A stretch of DNA of 64,000 nt from Antedon mediterranea (taxonomy: Eukaryota; Animalia; Echinodermata), in NCBI RefSeq assembly GCF_964355755.1, contig NC_092678.1:1380422-1444421 (forward strand), read 5' to 3'. The notes beneath the pieces are model-generated. The model ran no database searches. It worked only from the letters and a program-made list of their open reading frames with translations, and was not told where the DNA came from. Both the position numbers and the translations under genes were made by a program. Shown one piece after another: positions 47,939 to 61,497 of this stretch; positions within the stretch are counted from its first letter, which is position 1; each line of letters begins with the position of its first letter.

Positions 47939-50900
47939 CTATAATTGTGTTGTAAGAAAATTCCTCAATAGTTTTTATCGTTGACAATGACCCCCTTCCG
48001 ACTCCATCGAACTCTTAACCAAAACAATTACTAAACTTTTACTTTTACTGTGTTCAATAGAGCATTACATTTAGCAAGTGGTGGCGCTATTTAAATTAAA
48101 ATAGGCTACTGATTTCTGTCTTTCACAATTTAATATACAAAACTAAATTATAAACTTGAATTAAAAACAAAAATTAAACAAAACATTGTGACTCCTTACT
48201 TGCATTTATTTTTTGTTCATATCGGGGATAAAACCACACCTTAAAGAAATGATTAGAGATGATTTTCGGCTATTTTTTCAACATTTCTAGATAAAACGCC
48301 ATTTAAAAAAAAAATTCAATTTATGTTTTCTTTTGTTAATAAGTTTTCAATTTAGTTGTTTTGTTCATCTATTATAATGTTGTTTTTACTTTACCGCCAT
48401 AATTTCGACAACCGCTTAATTATTTTTTCGTTTATTTCGTGATCACTTTTACACAGAGATATTAAGAACTGGATCACCTGAAACACCTATACGTACGTAT
48501 AAGACTAAACAATATATTCCTACCAGACCTACCGCCGCCATTTATTTTGTAATTTATTTCGCGATCACTTTTACACAGTTTAATAAACGTAAACAAAACT
48601 AACTTTGCATGAGATATGACTACTTGTTTACCTATTTATTACCCATATTCCAGAGATATTAAAAACTGGGTCACCTGAAAAAAATATAGGATTACTAAAC
48701 AGTATATTTCTAGGACTTATATTACCATTTAAGCCTGGTAATTAGTAAATATTAGAATGATCTAATGCTGTTTAAAAAGTTTTTTCCTAGTAATCTAATT
48801 ATAAATTAAAACCCCGCCCCTCTCCAGCCTAGCCAACAATCAGCCAACCAGCGACCATGCCGCACACTTTACAAAATTCACCACCATATATAGAGTAGAC
48901 TGTTCCAAACAACACAGAAAGGGTACAGCTATTTTCCGTCCACATTGTGCCTAAAAAGACAATAAAATATAATTACAAAATTGATGTTTAAATGTTTATA
49001 AATATGAATAATTACCACAGAACAACTATTAATGTCAACAACAATAATTTTACAAATTTTAAAATGTCTAAAATTACAATTATAAGTAACAAATAAATGT
49101 CTTTATTTTTGTTAATTTTCACTCCCCCTCTAAATTTTGAGGTGGTCCAACTCACTTCCGCCCACAACTTGACAGCGTGAAAATGTGCCTCCGATATCCG
49201 ATTACCGTCTGCTTCAACCTGCTGTGTACGTCAAAACATGAAAGTATTTACCGTGTGTGTCTGCTGAAAATTAACAATTTTAATCGATATTAATATGTAA
49301 GCTGGTTATTTTGTTTATGTTATCTATAAATAAGTTATAAGGAATAATTATATACATTTTGTGGATCTTTTTTATAAGTTTTTTGTAGTTTGCAGACTGT
49401 TTTTCCTAGCTAGGCCCTAGCCTAAAAAATAAAGGCCGGCCTGTCAAATCATCACATCCTTGCCATGCGTGTTGTAGGCGTAAGACTACACCCGGGCGGC
49501 GTAACCTAGGCTATAGAAGGGTGGTGTGGACGACGTCCCGATTTTTTTTTCAGTATTATATATTGCATTAATTATTTAAATTAACTACTAGGCCTAGAGT
49601 ACTAATATTGTGGGATTTTTTTTTATTTTCTTGGCTCTTTCAGGATGACACATTGATGTGGCCTTCCTTGGCAGCAGTGTGAGAGAGAGTACGGTGTACA
49701 TGATTGATGGATGGCAAGACCAGGATGAAGTAAAAGGGTGTGAGGGCTGTCTATTTCTGATAAAACATCAGAAAATTATTGGTAAGTCTAGGGCCTAGGC
49801 CTAGTGAATTTACAATAAAGTAACTGGTACAATAAACAAAATTTAGTGGGAATGCAGTGGCAACATTTGTAGTGGCAAAAACTGTTTTACCTTTATTTAG
49901 GCTATGACATATCTTTTTTTTCGCAATGTTTAAGACTAAGAGGAGAACAAATGGTCGGGATCGCGGCCAAATTGTGTTTTACGAGGATATCGGGTTGTGT
50001 GTTATTTTGGTCGTGATAAAATCAACTTCCGGTATTCTGTATGGAACGCTGCTAGACCTTGCTATGCTTGTGATCATATCGGTCGCTTTTGAATTTAATC
50101 AGGTTATTCTGTCATGATATTTTGTAGGTGGCGCTCTACATATATTTTCCTCAATTTAAAGTGATTATTATAATATTAGGTATTGTTTTATTTTTATTTT
50201 TGATTATCAGAAATATGTAAAATATAACAACAATTTTTTAATAGTGAAATTTAAAATTGTCTTAAGAAAAAAATATGTTAAAAACTTTGTGTACTGTTTC
50301 CTTTCTTTCACACTGGTAAGTATGATTTTATATCTTTTTAAAATTCATTATATTCATAATTTACTTTTGAATATAACACAGGATTTTCGGTCTGCATGAT
50401 TATGACATCACAGGGAAAAATTTCATCTTAAAATTTTGTTTAGCAATATTGCTAATAAAACTGATTTTTGAGTCGAGAAACATAGTTTTCTATAGTATAT
50501 TTTGCTACACAATTGTAGAAATGTGTAGCAAGAAGGTTGTTTTGTATTGCTATGCTACACTGGCGAAATTATTCCCTGCATCAAATATATAAATGCATCA
50601 GGCCTAAAACAAACAATGGATCAAAATAAACTAATTTAAAATTATTATACTATGTGTAAATTTACGTACGGATAAATTCTGCAATATGTATATTGTACTT
50701 GCTTTTCACAAAAAGATGATTTTGACACATGAGCTAGGTGCCTATTTAATTTTTAATTATTTAAAACATATTTATACAGGATAAAAAAAAACATCAGGTA
50801 TAGATATTGCACCTGTTTTATATATGGTCCTATTTTTTTAGCAATACATTAAAAACATTCATAATATACATTTTAAAAAAATGTACATTTATAAAACTTT

Positions 50901-51559
50901 AAAATCACAATACAAAGACAAACAATATTTAAAATGTTAAAAAGGAGTGAAATAAAAGGGAAATATAAAATGAATTGATGCCTACATGAAGAGTCCTAAA
51001 AAATACAGTTCTCGACGATCAAATGTCCTTATATTAAACTTTTCAAGTGAATAATAATTAATATAAAAACAATAATACCTGTAGTATACACAATTGTACT
51101 TGCATTCACAAATAGGCAGGCAGGAACTAAACGCCAAAGGGGGACAAGCGGCGAAAGCAGACAGTTCGAATCTATAATATGTTAGGCTCTGTCATTATCT
51201 TTTCAAAACACATACATAACACTGTTTGAGTTATTTTTACCATAATCATTTCATGTAGCCCTATCTCTCCTATGATCGTCCCCTTTGTCATTGTCATATA
51301 TCCATCTTGCGCATCATGTCACATGTCATACTATCTATGTTACTGCTGATAAATTGGTTACATAATTTGACGCATATTTACTTTTTCTTCATAAGCCACA
51401 CCCAACAATAGGCTACAGTAATTTGGATGTCGTGACAGCAATGTTTCGCCAGTTGAATAAATTGAATACAAAGATTATATAAAATACAAAGTAATAGGCC
51501 TAAGGCATAGGACTTCACTACAGAGGTTTTTAAAAAACTATACTATTACTAATTATTAT

Positions 51560-51693
51560 TCCAAAGGCAAATTAATGAAAAATGCTGTGGGTATCAGTGG
51601 CTAGATTTTAATGAAGATACAAAATAAAATAAGCAAAAAGCTAATTCAAAACGATAACGTATAACAGCCAGAACAGAGCTTTCGGGCAACACC
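51560..51693 (-). mobile_element. 5'-truncated second copy of the 172-bp hammerhead-like retroelement
   Basis: Reverse complement aligns with about 24817-24962 (GTGTTGCCCGAAAGCTCTG...CCACTGATACCCACAGCATT...TTTGCCTTTGGA). Lacks CTGATGA. Confidence 0.7.
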
Positions 51694-54011
51694 AAGTTCC
51701 GAGACGAACTCTCCATACAGAACACCAGATATTGATTTTATCTGGACCAAAACTTGGTCGATTTTATCTGTCACTATCAAGAACACATGACTTATGGGTC
51801 CAACAAATAGGATGATCAGGACCAATCGGAGGTGTAACGCAGGAGAAAAAGGCCCCTTCAGCACTCTGTGGCCCCTGGGTTTAGCAAGTGAGTCCTCATA
51901 GCCATTGCGCCAATGGGACCAATACGTTTCCGATCACATGAGACGATCAGGGTTAACACATAGGATGATCGAGTCCAATATGGTTCCAACACAAGATGAT
52001 TGAGCCAACACATTGAACAATCGAGACGATGATAACATTTATTGTTCTGATTGTCTGATATAGCCCTTTCTCTTAACCAATTCTCCACAAGAGAACATCC
52101 ATTGTTGTTTGTCATTTTTAGGTGGTTGTTGTGGAGGAGGTTGTGTTGTCTGAAATATGTTTGCTTACATGTGGATGTCCGATTATTTCTTATTTTACTA
52201 TTTTTTTATTGACATATTATACTCAATTAACATATGAACTATTGTTTTTTTTTTTCAGTGTTTTTCTTGACTTAGGCTAACCTAGCTAAGAGAAGTCATG
52301 GTTTGGAACACCAGCATACACTTTGCCAAAATGGACATGATGGCAAAATGCAGTAGGCCTAGGCTATGATGAAAACATCAGAGAAGTATTGGTAAGTCTA
52401 GTGAATTAGGGTACAAATTGGCACCACACATGCACTTGCTAGCCATGGCTAGTAAACACATTTTAGTTTGAATATAGTGGCAACATCTCTTAATCATCTG
52501 GAAACCTTTTGAGCTTCTTGGTATCTTTTTGTTCACAATGTTGTTAAGGTATGCTGAACAATATTCTGCCGGCTGGGAGAACATCCGCTATTAGTCGTAA
52601 TGTTGTGAAAGTATCACAAAATAGTTTTTACTAGTGTTGTAGTATTATAAAGTTAAATACAATGTTTACCAAAATAATATTTATAATTTACAAAAGATAT
52701 TAAAAATTACTGTTTAACTACCACAATACATCAGCAAGTGCCTACCAATAGAAATATTGACGAGTGTAAAATATTGTCATTTTGCCCCTGTTCATAATGT
52801 CTATAAATTATTATCTTATTTTTGTGATCATTCACAGCAGGAGTTTATTAGGAGATTTTTAGGTCGTCTTTCTTAACGGTCTAACTGGGAAGCAGTGTGG
52901 GATGTGAGCATGCTAGGTTGAGGTGATGGTAAATGCAGCATTGCCTGCCAGGCTGGCTTAATAGAAGTCTTCACTGCAAGTTGATGTTTGATGGCAATAT
53001 AAACAATGGTGAGTTTTTTTATGACCGAACTTTGTGGACAAATTGATTTGATGCTCAAGAATATCCTTGCATATGTCAGCCAATTGCGAGTGGTTAATCG
53101 ATCGGTTCGTGAGCGAGATTGCATCCACAAACTGTTCTTCATTCAATTTCATCACAGCTAACCCGTCGGTTTCTACATGTAGGCCTAGGCACAACACCAC
53201 TAAAAAAGACCCAAACATCTTAGGCCCCTCCTAGGTACCACTCGTGTTACAGTGTTGTTTGGTGCCACCTCAACAGCGACCCAAGACATGCTTAAATATT
53301 GAGGGTGATTGTAACTAATTTATCATTCTTTTATTTTTATATAGAGAAACATCAATACTGTAGTTGTAACTTAACATGAATTGGTGAAGATAAGAAGATG
53401 TTCAATCAATTTTCATCTGCTAGAAATACAGGTATTTAAAATAGTCAACTTAAAACAAACATTTATTAAAAGTCGGTTATAAACATAAATTTCAAATATA
53501 ACAGTTGGTTAAATATATACAAATTAAAAATGAAATCATGAAAAACCGTTCATTTCTCTTGGAATAGTCAACATAATTTGGCAAATTTTAGCTATAGACT
53601 TTTTATAGTACCGTATATCCTTGCGTACAGTATAATATAATCCCACTTTGGGTCTAGTCCCCCCACCTACTTATTTCATAGGCATATCCCTGAGTATAGA
53701 CTTTTGGTCTGGCTGTAGACCGCTCTCTAAACAGTTTTTGCATGAATTGCTTATCAATCATTTCTTTCCTGAACCAGAATTTACGTGGGTCTAGTCCTAC
53801 CCCCCATTTTAATTAAGGATATTTATTAATGTCATTTATTTTTCAATAAAATGCAACATAAATAAAATGTCTTCTTTTTTTTTTCAGCTTGACGCGGGAT
53901 TGGAGATGGACAGCTTTATCTTGTTATTTTTATATTTATTTTCTTAAGCCATCATAAATTATAAATAAAATAGACAAATAATTGAAATAAATAGCATAAA
54001 TTATCACAAAT

Positions 54012-55535
54012 CCTCACTAGCAATGAACAAAGTAAGTGTAATTTTAAAATAGTTATCAAATTTGTACAAATAAATTTCAAATTTTATATAGTGATCACCC
54101 ATTCTAGAGGGGATACTTGATACCATGATTGTTTTCTTTTTAAATTTCTCTATTTTTCTTTACATGGTATTATTATCAAATTACTCATTTCAGATCACAT
54201 TTAATACAGTAATTAGTTTAATTGTTATGATTGTTTTTGCTGGTGAGGTTTTTTCTTCTTTTTTTTAAGGTGTATTAGCAAATCCTCATTAGCAATGAAC
54301 AAAAGAAATTTATTCTTTTACTTGGAAAACAAAATTTATTTTCAAATTTCCTAAGAAACAAACTAATTTTAAAATAATGTCATAGTGATTCACTTGTCTC
54401 GGAATGTCAAGTGTTATCCTGATACCATGATTGTTTTTATTTTACATTTGTCTCTATTTTTGGTTTTCATGGTATTAAAATAAATTAAAAGTTTTGTTAG
54501 GGTTTACTTGTCTCAGAATGTCAAGTGTAATCCTGATACCATGATCATTTTTATATTACATTTTCTCTATTTTTGGTTTTCATGGTATTAAAATAATTGA
54601 AATTTAAAATTGCTAGCAAATTTGTTTAAATGTAAACATTGTTTTTGCTAATGAGGTTCTTTTTTTCTCTTTCTTGGGTGCATTTGTAACTCAGAACCCC
54701 ACATTAGCAATGATCAAAATAAGCCAAATTTTATGAATTTGGGTGTTTTCTTTTATTTTTGCCAATTTATTTGTGTAAATTTAATCAAATATAACCTCAA
54801 ATTTAGTTTTAAATTCTCTCAGAATGTATTCTCTTCTGAGACTGTTGAGGGTAATCCCAGATACCATTTATATTTTATCTATTTTCGTTTTTAATGGTAT
54901 CGCAATAATAAATTTATTGCAAAGAAGCACAGTATTTATTCAAATTGATACTATTTTAAATGTTTCCTATTTTTGTAATACATGGTATCATCTATACTAA
55001 AACTTTATAAAAAATAATAAATAATGATGTTTGCTAATGGGGTTCTGTTTACTCTTGCTTTGGTCCTTCTGGTGCAATGTTTAGAGTTCAAATTGTGTAC
55101 ACTCATTAGCAATGAACAAAATAACTGTAATTGTATAATAATTTGTGGAATATTTTTCGTAGTTAAATAAAGGGCCATTTATACTTTTAAAATGTATTTA
55201 AAAATGTACCCCTCAGGATGTATTCACTTCTGTGGGTGTCAAATGTACTCCTCAGGATGTATTCACTTCTGTGGGTGTCAAATGTACCCCTCAGGATGTA
55301 TTCACTTCTGTGGGTGTCAAATGTACCCCTCAGGATGTATTCACTTCTGTGGGATAATCTCTGATACCATTATTATTAACATTTTCTCTATTTTGTTCGG
55401 TTTTTCATGGTATCAAAAAAATCATTTGAATTTAAATTATTATTTAATTTATTTAAAACATTTTATTAGATAATTTTACTTTTACAAATTTGACTTGAAA
55501 TTTATTTAATTAGTTATTTGTTTTTGCTGATGAGT
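54012..55535. repeat. Four tandem units with nested inverted repeats (outer CCTCATTAGCAATGAACAA / TTGTTTTTGCTAATGAGG, inner GATACCATG / CATGGTAT)
   Basis: Units at about 54012-54248, 54284-54659, 54694-55045 and 55102-55535. Confidence 0.75.
55202..55353. repeat. 39-bp tandem repeat x4 (AAATGTACCCCTCAGGATGTATTCACTTCTGTGGGTGTC)
   Basis: Directly visible. It produces the spurious 93-aa ORF. Confidence 0.92.
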
Positions 55536-57646
55536 TTATTTTCTTTGTACATCTTTTACAAGTACCGTACTTACTTGAATAAGCTGGCATTTGAGCGAAT
55601 GGTGCGCACTTTGGATTAATATTTTAGTAACTGCCTTTTTTTTGTAAGCATGCTCTTGAAAATGTCGCATTTGGAAATGACAGTCATTTTGGAAGTTTGA
55701 ATTGCGCCTTTGGTAGACTTTGGTTTTAACTAATTTTTGCCCATGGGTTCCTCACAAAAATGTACTATAATCTTAACAATTATGTGTCGTTTTCCGATAC
55801 ATAATACCTATTCCCAAATGTTTTTTGTCAAATTGTCGCAAGCGCTGTATAAATTCTGCATAATTAGAGTCAGTACGGTAACTTGCATATAAATTTGGAG
55901 AGTTTTAGTCTTGGGGTAGAATGTTTTACAGCATCTATGTTAATTAAGTAGGTATAACATTGTTTTAACCATGTTTGTTGATCACTTGGAATTGACAAAA
56001 ACCAATGGAATGGTACCACACATACTGATGATGTTGAACAGAGAGCTGCTGCAACTGATGCATACAGATGTTGAAATGGTATGTATGCAATGCTCAATTT
56101 TCATTTCAATTATTAATTTGTGAATGTGCGACTAAAATCAAACATGGTTATTTACAGTAAAGGCAGATGATTATGTTGCCCTAAATAGTATCTGTTAAAA
56201 CTCAACTAATATATTACAACCAAGCTTGATTTAGCAAGTAAGGTATACAAGCCAAACTACTCCTGTTTGATTCAGACAGGGTAGCAAGAAATGCTTTTCA
56301 AAACAACCAAACACTATTGAATAACTGATTATACTATTTTGTATCTTTTTAGGTAAGCACGTCTACAAATCAAGAAGACTTGTTGAGGAGGAGCATTTCA
56401 ATGAGAGACTTGGATCGGCCAGCAATTTCAAGATCAACAAACATTTATATTTAATTGCTATTTTTATGTTTTATTTGTTAAGTGAAGTGGAATGAACATC
56501 CAAAATAAAAAGTTTGGCAACATCTTTGGCTATTTTTAAAAGTTTTAAATAAATTCACTAAAATGTGATTTCTGAAAATTATAAATGAAAACTTATCCAA
56601 ATATTTACCATTTCTTTATATTTTGTATCGTTTTTATAATCTGGTTTATACATTTAAAAACTAAATATGAATTGAAAGCCTAAATTAACTCCAAATTATT
56701 TATAACAGTTTTTGCATTTGTTTTTGGTTTTTTTAAACTTTAAAACTTTTTTTAGAGCAAATTTTGTTTCTAATCACACTTAAAATTTCAAACATAATTT
56801 CACTTGATTTAGGTTGGATATCCTCATAATTCTATAAAATTAGATTCCACTTCACTGTGTAATTTTATATTATATATTTATAGTTTAATGTATTTAGTTT
56901 CAGGTTTTTTCCAAACTCTAAACATTGTTACAAAAAAAGCACCCCTCTGCACACCCCCTGTGTGCTCCAACCACACCGATGGGTACTGGCCAGCTCGGCT
57001 GCACGGTGAATGCTTCTCGGGTCGTGTTCTTTGCTCCTGCTAATTGGTGAGTTTGTTTTGAGATTTTCTATGGAGGTTTTTGATACTTGTTTCATGTTCT
57101 ATGTAATCTACATTTTGACCAAATGCTTGTGAGAGTCCTTTACAGTCCTTTGTGGTGTTGGCATTGTGGCGGTGGCACCATCATCAGTGTATGGGTTTGA
57201 AACTAGACAAATCAGGAGTTAAATAACTTAATAAACTGGTTTCAGTATGTTTTATGGTTCTGTTTCCAATTTAAATAATTTAATAACTCAAAAGATATTG
57301 CGTGCATGTACAAACAAAAAATATTTTTGAACTTTTGGTGGTTAGACAAACTCTGTGATACATTCCTCTTCGATCTGGCTAAGTAAGCAGGCAGGAAGTT
57401 ATACGATACTATTCTCAAAGTGTGCTTGATATATTTATCTCAAAGATATGGTACCAATTTAATTAAATACAATCATATAATTTAGCTATAATTCTGTCTT
57501 TAAATTTAAAGTTGATACCAGTAATTCATATTTTCACACATTACACACAATACAATTAATATTTTACACTTTTTATATTTGCAACAAAAATATTAATATA
57601 AATTAGAAGTAAAAGTGTTTTTATACTGTTAGTATAATGTAAGAAT

Positions 57647-58840
57647 TGCCTGTAAGGGGCACTTTAAAACTTAGCTGCCTGTAAGGGGAAATTTAAAACT
57701 TAGCTGCCTGTAAGGGGCACTTTAAAACTTGGCTGCCGGTAAGGGGAACTTTAAAACTTGGCTGCCGGTAAGGGGAACTTTAAAACTTAGCTGCCGGTAA
57801 GGGGCACTTTAAAACTTAGCTGCCTGTAAGGGGCACTTTAAAACTTAGCTGCCTGTAAGGGGCACTTTAAAACTTAGCTGCCTGTAAGGGTAAGGGGCAC
57901 TTTAAAACTTAGCTGCCTGTAAGGGGCACTTTAAAACTTAGCTGCCCTTTAAAACTTAGCTGCCTGTAAGGGGCACTTTAAAACTTAGCTGCCTGTAAGG
58001 GGAAATTTAAAACTTAGCTGCCTGTAAGGGAAAATTTAAAACTTAGCTGCCTGTAAGGGGAAATTTAAATTTTAGCAACCTGTAAGGGGAAACTTAAAAC
58101 TTACCTGCTTGTAAGAGGAAACTTAAAACTTAGCTGCCTGTAAGGGGGAAATTTAAAACTTAGTTGACTGTAAGGGGAAATTTAAAACTTAGCTGCCTGT
58201 AAGGGGAAATTTAAACTTAGCTGCCTGTAAGGGGAAACTTAAAACTTAAGCTGCCTGTAAGGGGAAATCAAAAACTTGGCTGCCTGTAAGGGGAACTTAA
58301 AACTTAGCTGCCTGTAAGGGAAAATCTAAAACTTAGCTGCTTGTAGGGGGAAACTTAAAACTTAGCTGCTTGTAAGAGAAACTTAAAACTTAGCTGCCTG
58401 TAAGGGGGAAAGAGGGAAATTTAAAACTTAGTTGACTGTAAGCGGAAATTTAAACCTTAGCTGCATGTAAGGGGAAATTTAAAACTTAGTTGCCTGCAAG
58501 GAGAAATTTAGAACGTAGCCGCCTGTAAGGGGAAATTTAAAACTTAGGCGCCTGTAAAGGGAAATTTAAAACTTATCTGCCTGTAAGGGGGACATTTAAA
58601 ACTTAGTTGACTGTAAGGGGAAATTTAAAACTTAGGCGCCTGTAAGGGGAAATTTAAAACTTATCTGCCTGTAAGGGGGACATTTAAAACTTAGTTGACT
58701 GTAAGGAGAAATTTTAAAACGTAGCTGCCTGTAAGGGAAATTTTAAACTTAGCTGCCTGTAAGGGAAATTTAAAACTTAGGTGCCTGTAAGGGGAAATTT
58801 AAAACTTAGGTGATTGTAGGGGGAAATTTAAAACTTAGCT
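57647..58840. repeat. ~29-bp minisatellite (AAAACTTAGCTGCCTGTAAGGGG[CA]A[CA]TTT), ~40 copies
   Basis: Direct period with progressive divergence along the array. Confidence 0.93.
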
Positions 58841-59329
58841 TTAATTTATGAAGTAGATTTGCTGACCATTTACAGTACTCTAATTTTTTGTTGCAAATAT
58901 AATAAAAACAATTTTATAAATACATAAATTAAACCCTGCATAAATGCATAATTTATTTTGGTTTGCACAAATTCAAGGAGAAGTCATTAATTAAACAGTA
59001 AAATATAAATTATTATTATTAATTGAGTATTTTGTAAAGCATCATTCATCATTCAAATGTATTTTCTACCAAAACAAACAATAATAATAAATTACTGTAG
59101 CTAGGAATTAGTTGTTTTAAAAAGCATTGATATTTAATTAAAATTAAAAAATAAATTAAATGCACTCTTTTAGTGTCCTTATAATTTGATAGAAGTTTCA
59201 AGTAGGATAAACCAGTTGATACAGTATGCAATAGGCAGACTAATAATATAAACTTTATTTGGGTGATGTAAATTATTTACAGCATTGACAATTTAAATGT
59301 AATTTTTATGTTTACGTCAGTTCAATTTA

Positions 59330-60010
59330 TAACTTAGCTGCCCGTAAGGGGCTTTTAAAACTTAGCTGCCCGTAAGGGGCTATTAAAACTTGGCTGCCCG
59401 TAAGGGGCTTTTAAAACTTAGCTACCCGTAAAGGGCTATTAAAACTTAGCTGCCCGTAAGTGGCTATTAAAACTTAGCTGTCCGTAAGGGGCTTTTAAAA
59501 CTAGGCTGCCCGTAAGGGGCTTTTAAAACGTAGCTGCCCGTAAGTGGCTATTAAAAATTAGCTGCCTGTAAGGGGCTATAAAAACTTAGCTGCTTGTAAG
59601 TGGCTATTAAAACATAGCTACCCGTAAGGTGCAATTAAAACTTAACTGCTCGTAAGAGGCTATTAAAACTTAGCTGCCCTTAAGGTGCTATTAAAACTTA
59701 ATTGCCTGTTAGTGGCTTTTAAAACTTAGCTGCCCTTAAGTGGCTATTCAAACTTAGGTGCCCGTAATTGGCTATTCAAACTTAGGTGCCCGTAAGGGGC
59801 TATTCAAACTTTGTTGCCAGTAAGTGGCTTTTATAACCTTGCTGCCAGTAAGGGGCTATTCAAACTTAGGTGCCCTTAAGGGGCTATTCAAACTTGGGTG
59901 CCCGTAAGGGGCTATTCAAACTTTGCTGCCAGTAAGTGGCTATTCAAACTCCGCTGCCAGTAAGTGGCTATTCAAACTCCGCTGCCAGTAAGTGGCTATT
60001 CAAACTTAGT
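59330..60010. repeat. 28-bp minisatellite (AAAACTTAGCTGCCCGTAAGGGGCTATT), ~24 copies, related to the 29-bp array
   Basis: Direct period; shares its core with the upstream array. Confidence 0.92.
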
Positions 60011-61164
60011 CACCAATGAGTGGTGAATTTATACTTAATAATATAATTTAATTAATATAATTTAATTACATTGAATTTAAATTGTAGCTTAATAGTTTGT
60101 TTTGGTTGAGTTTATACATACAGTGGTCTACACACAGTGAACACAACATACACACAGTTGGTTACTACAAACATTAATAATAATAAAAAAATAAACAAAC
60201 TTACACTAAAATAAATAATGGCTTCTCTTAAGATAGGAATAGTTGGTACCGTATCTGAAGGGTAAATGAGTTGGGCAGTATAACAATTACACTGTGCTGT
60301 CCTGAAAACGAAGTCGTTGGGTTTGGTATTAACAGAGTGTCAACCTTATTAAATTATATAATCCAAATTATGTACTGCACAATTTGTTTTCTTGAGCTAA
60401 TATAGGCATCAAAATTATTGACACCATTTTTCTGAAACCAGTCAGGCTTTATTTTCCACAACAACCACTTGTTTGCATTTGTGTCGTGTGAAACTAAGAC
60501 AAGCTTCGTTCAACATAAATGCGTCTAGTTCGGTGTTTTGGGAATTAAGTCTTTAAGCCATTTACCTTTTTGAACCGTATAATATTCATTTAGGCTTACA
60601 ATGTAACCTTCTGGTTATGTTTAAAATAATAATAATTGATATCAAAATTCTTTTATTAGTCATAACTGTACAATTTTTAATAAAATCAAAACTTATTTTT
60701 CTTTTATAAATTCTGTTTGTAATTTTAAGAAATTAAAAATTTTAGTATCAAATTTTAATATAGGTCTAAATTCCTATGCTAAAACAGCATATAATTCCAC
60801 TCCTGAGAACGTCCGGTGTGCCCAGGGCGATTCCCTCATGTGTCAGCGTCCCTGCATTGGAGTATTGGGTTCTCGCTTGTGTTAAATGGTCTTTCTGTAG
60901 TTTACATTGAACTTTAATCGTTTTCGATTGAGGCTAGTGTCTTTGACTTTCTAGATGTCTTAGAGCATTCTTGCTACTTAATGGTTGTGGCGGACATGAC
61001 TTGGGGACATATTCACTGTGTAGTTGTGTAGGTTAACACTCATTGGTGTAGTGGGGCACATAGGGGGTGTTGCAGAGGGGTGCTTTTTTTTTGGCTCGAA
61101 AAATAAACACCAACACACAATGTACATTTGTTTGTCTTTTATTAAGTGGCTGACCACCAACCGC

Positions 61165-61497
61165 CGGAGGGCGCCCTTTAAACTACTAGCTAAAATGTAG
61201 AGGGCGCCCTCATCAAATAAAAAAATTGGCGTAGGAGTCCCTTACAGAGCCAATTTTTAACCAGATGAGGGCGCCTTTCACACAAACAACATTATAGAGG
61301 GCGCACTACCATTAAAAAACGCCCTCACAAATGAAAAAAAAATTGGCGTAGGGGTACCCTACGAGGCCTTTTTCTATCAGATGAGGGCGCCCTTTTTACC
61401 AATCACAATATAGAGGGCGCACTTTATATAGGACGCCCTCATTATACACAAACGATAGTGCCACTTTTTTTACATCAAATGAGGGCGCTTTCCAGTG
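61165..61497 (-). mobile_element. Possible terminus of a CACTA/EnSpm-like DNA transposon with GAGGGCGC subterminal repeats
   Basis: About 10 GAGGGCG motifs in both orientations, ending in ...GCTTTCCAGTG (CACTG on the minus strand). No matching opposite end found. Confidence 0.4.

Noticed and set aside
51646-53218. Several 68-89-aa minus-strand ORFs
   Set aside because: No recognisable domain, no consistent splice chain, and they overlap in different frames.
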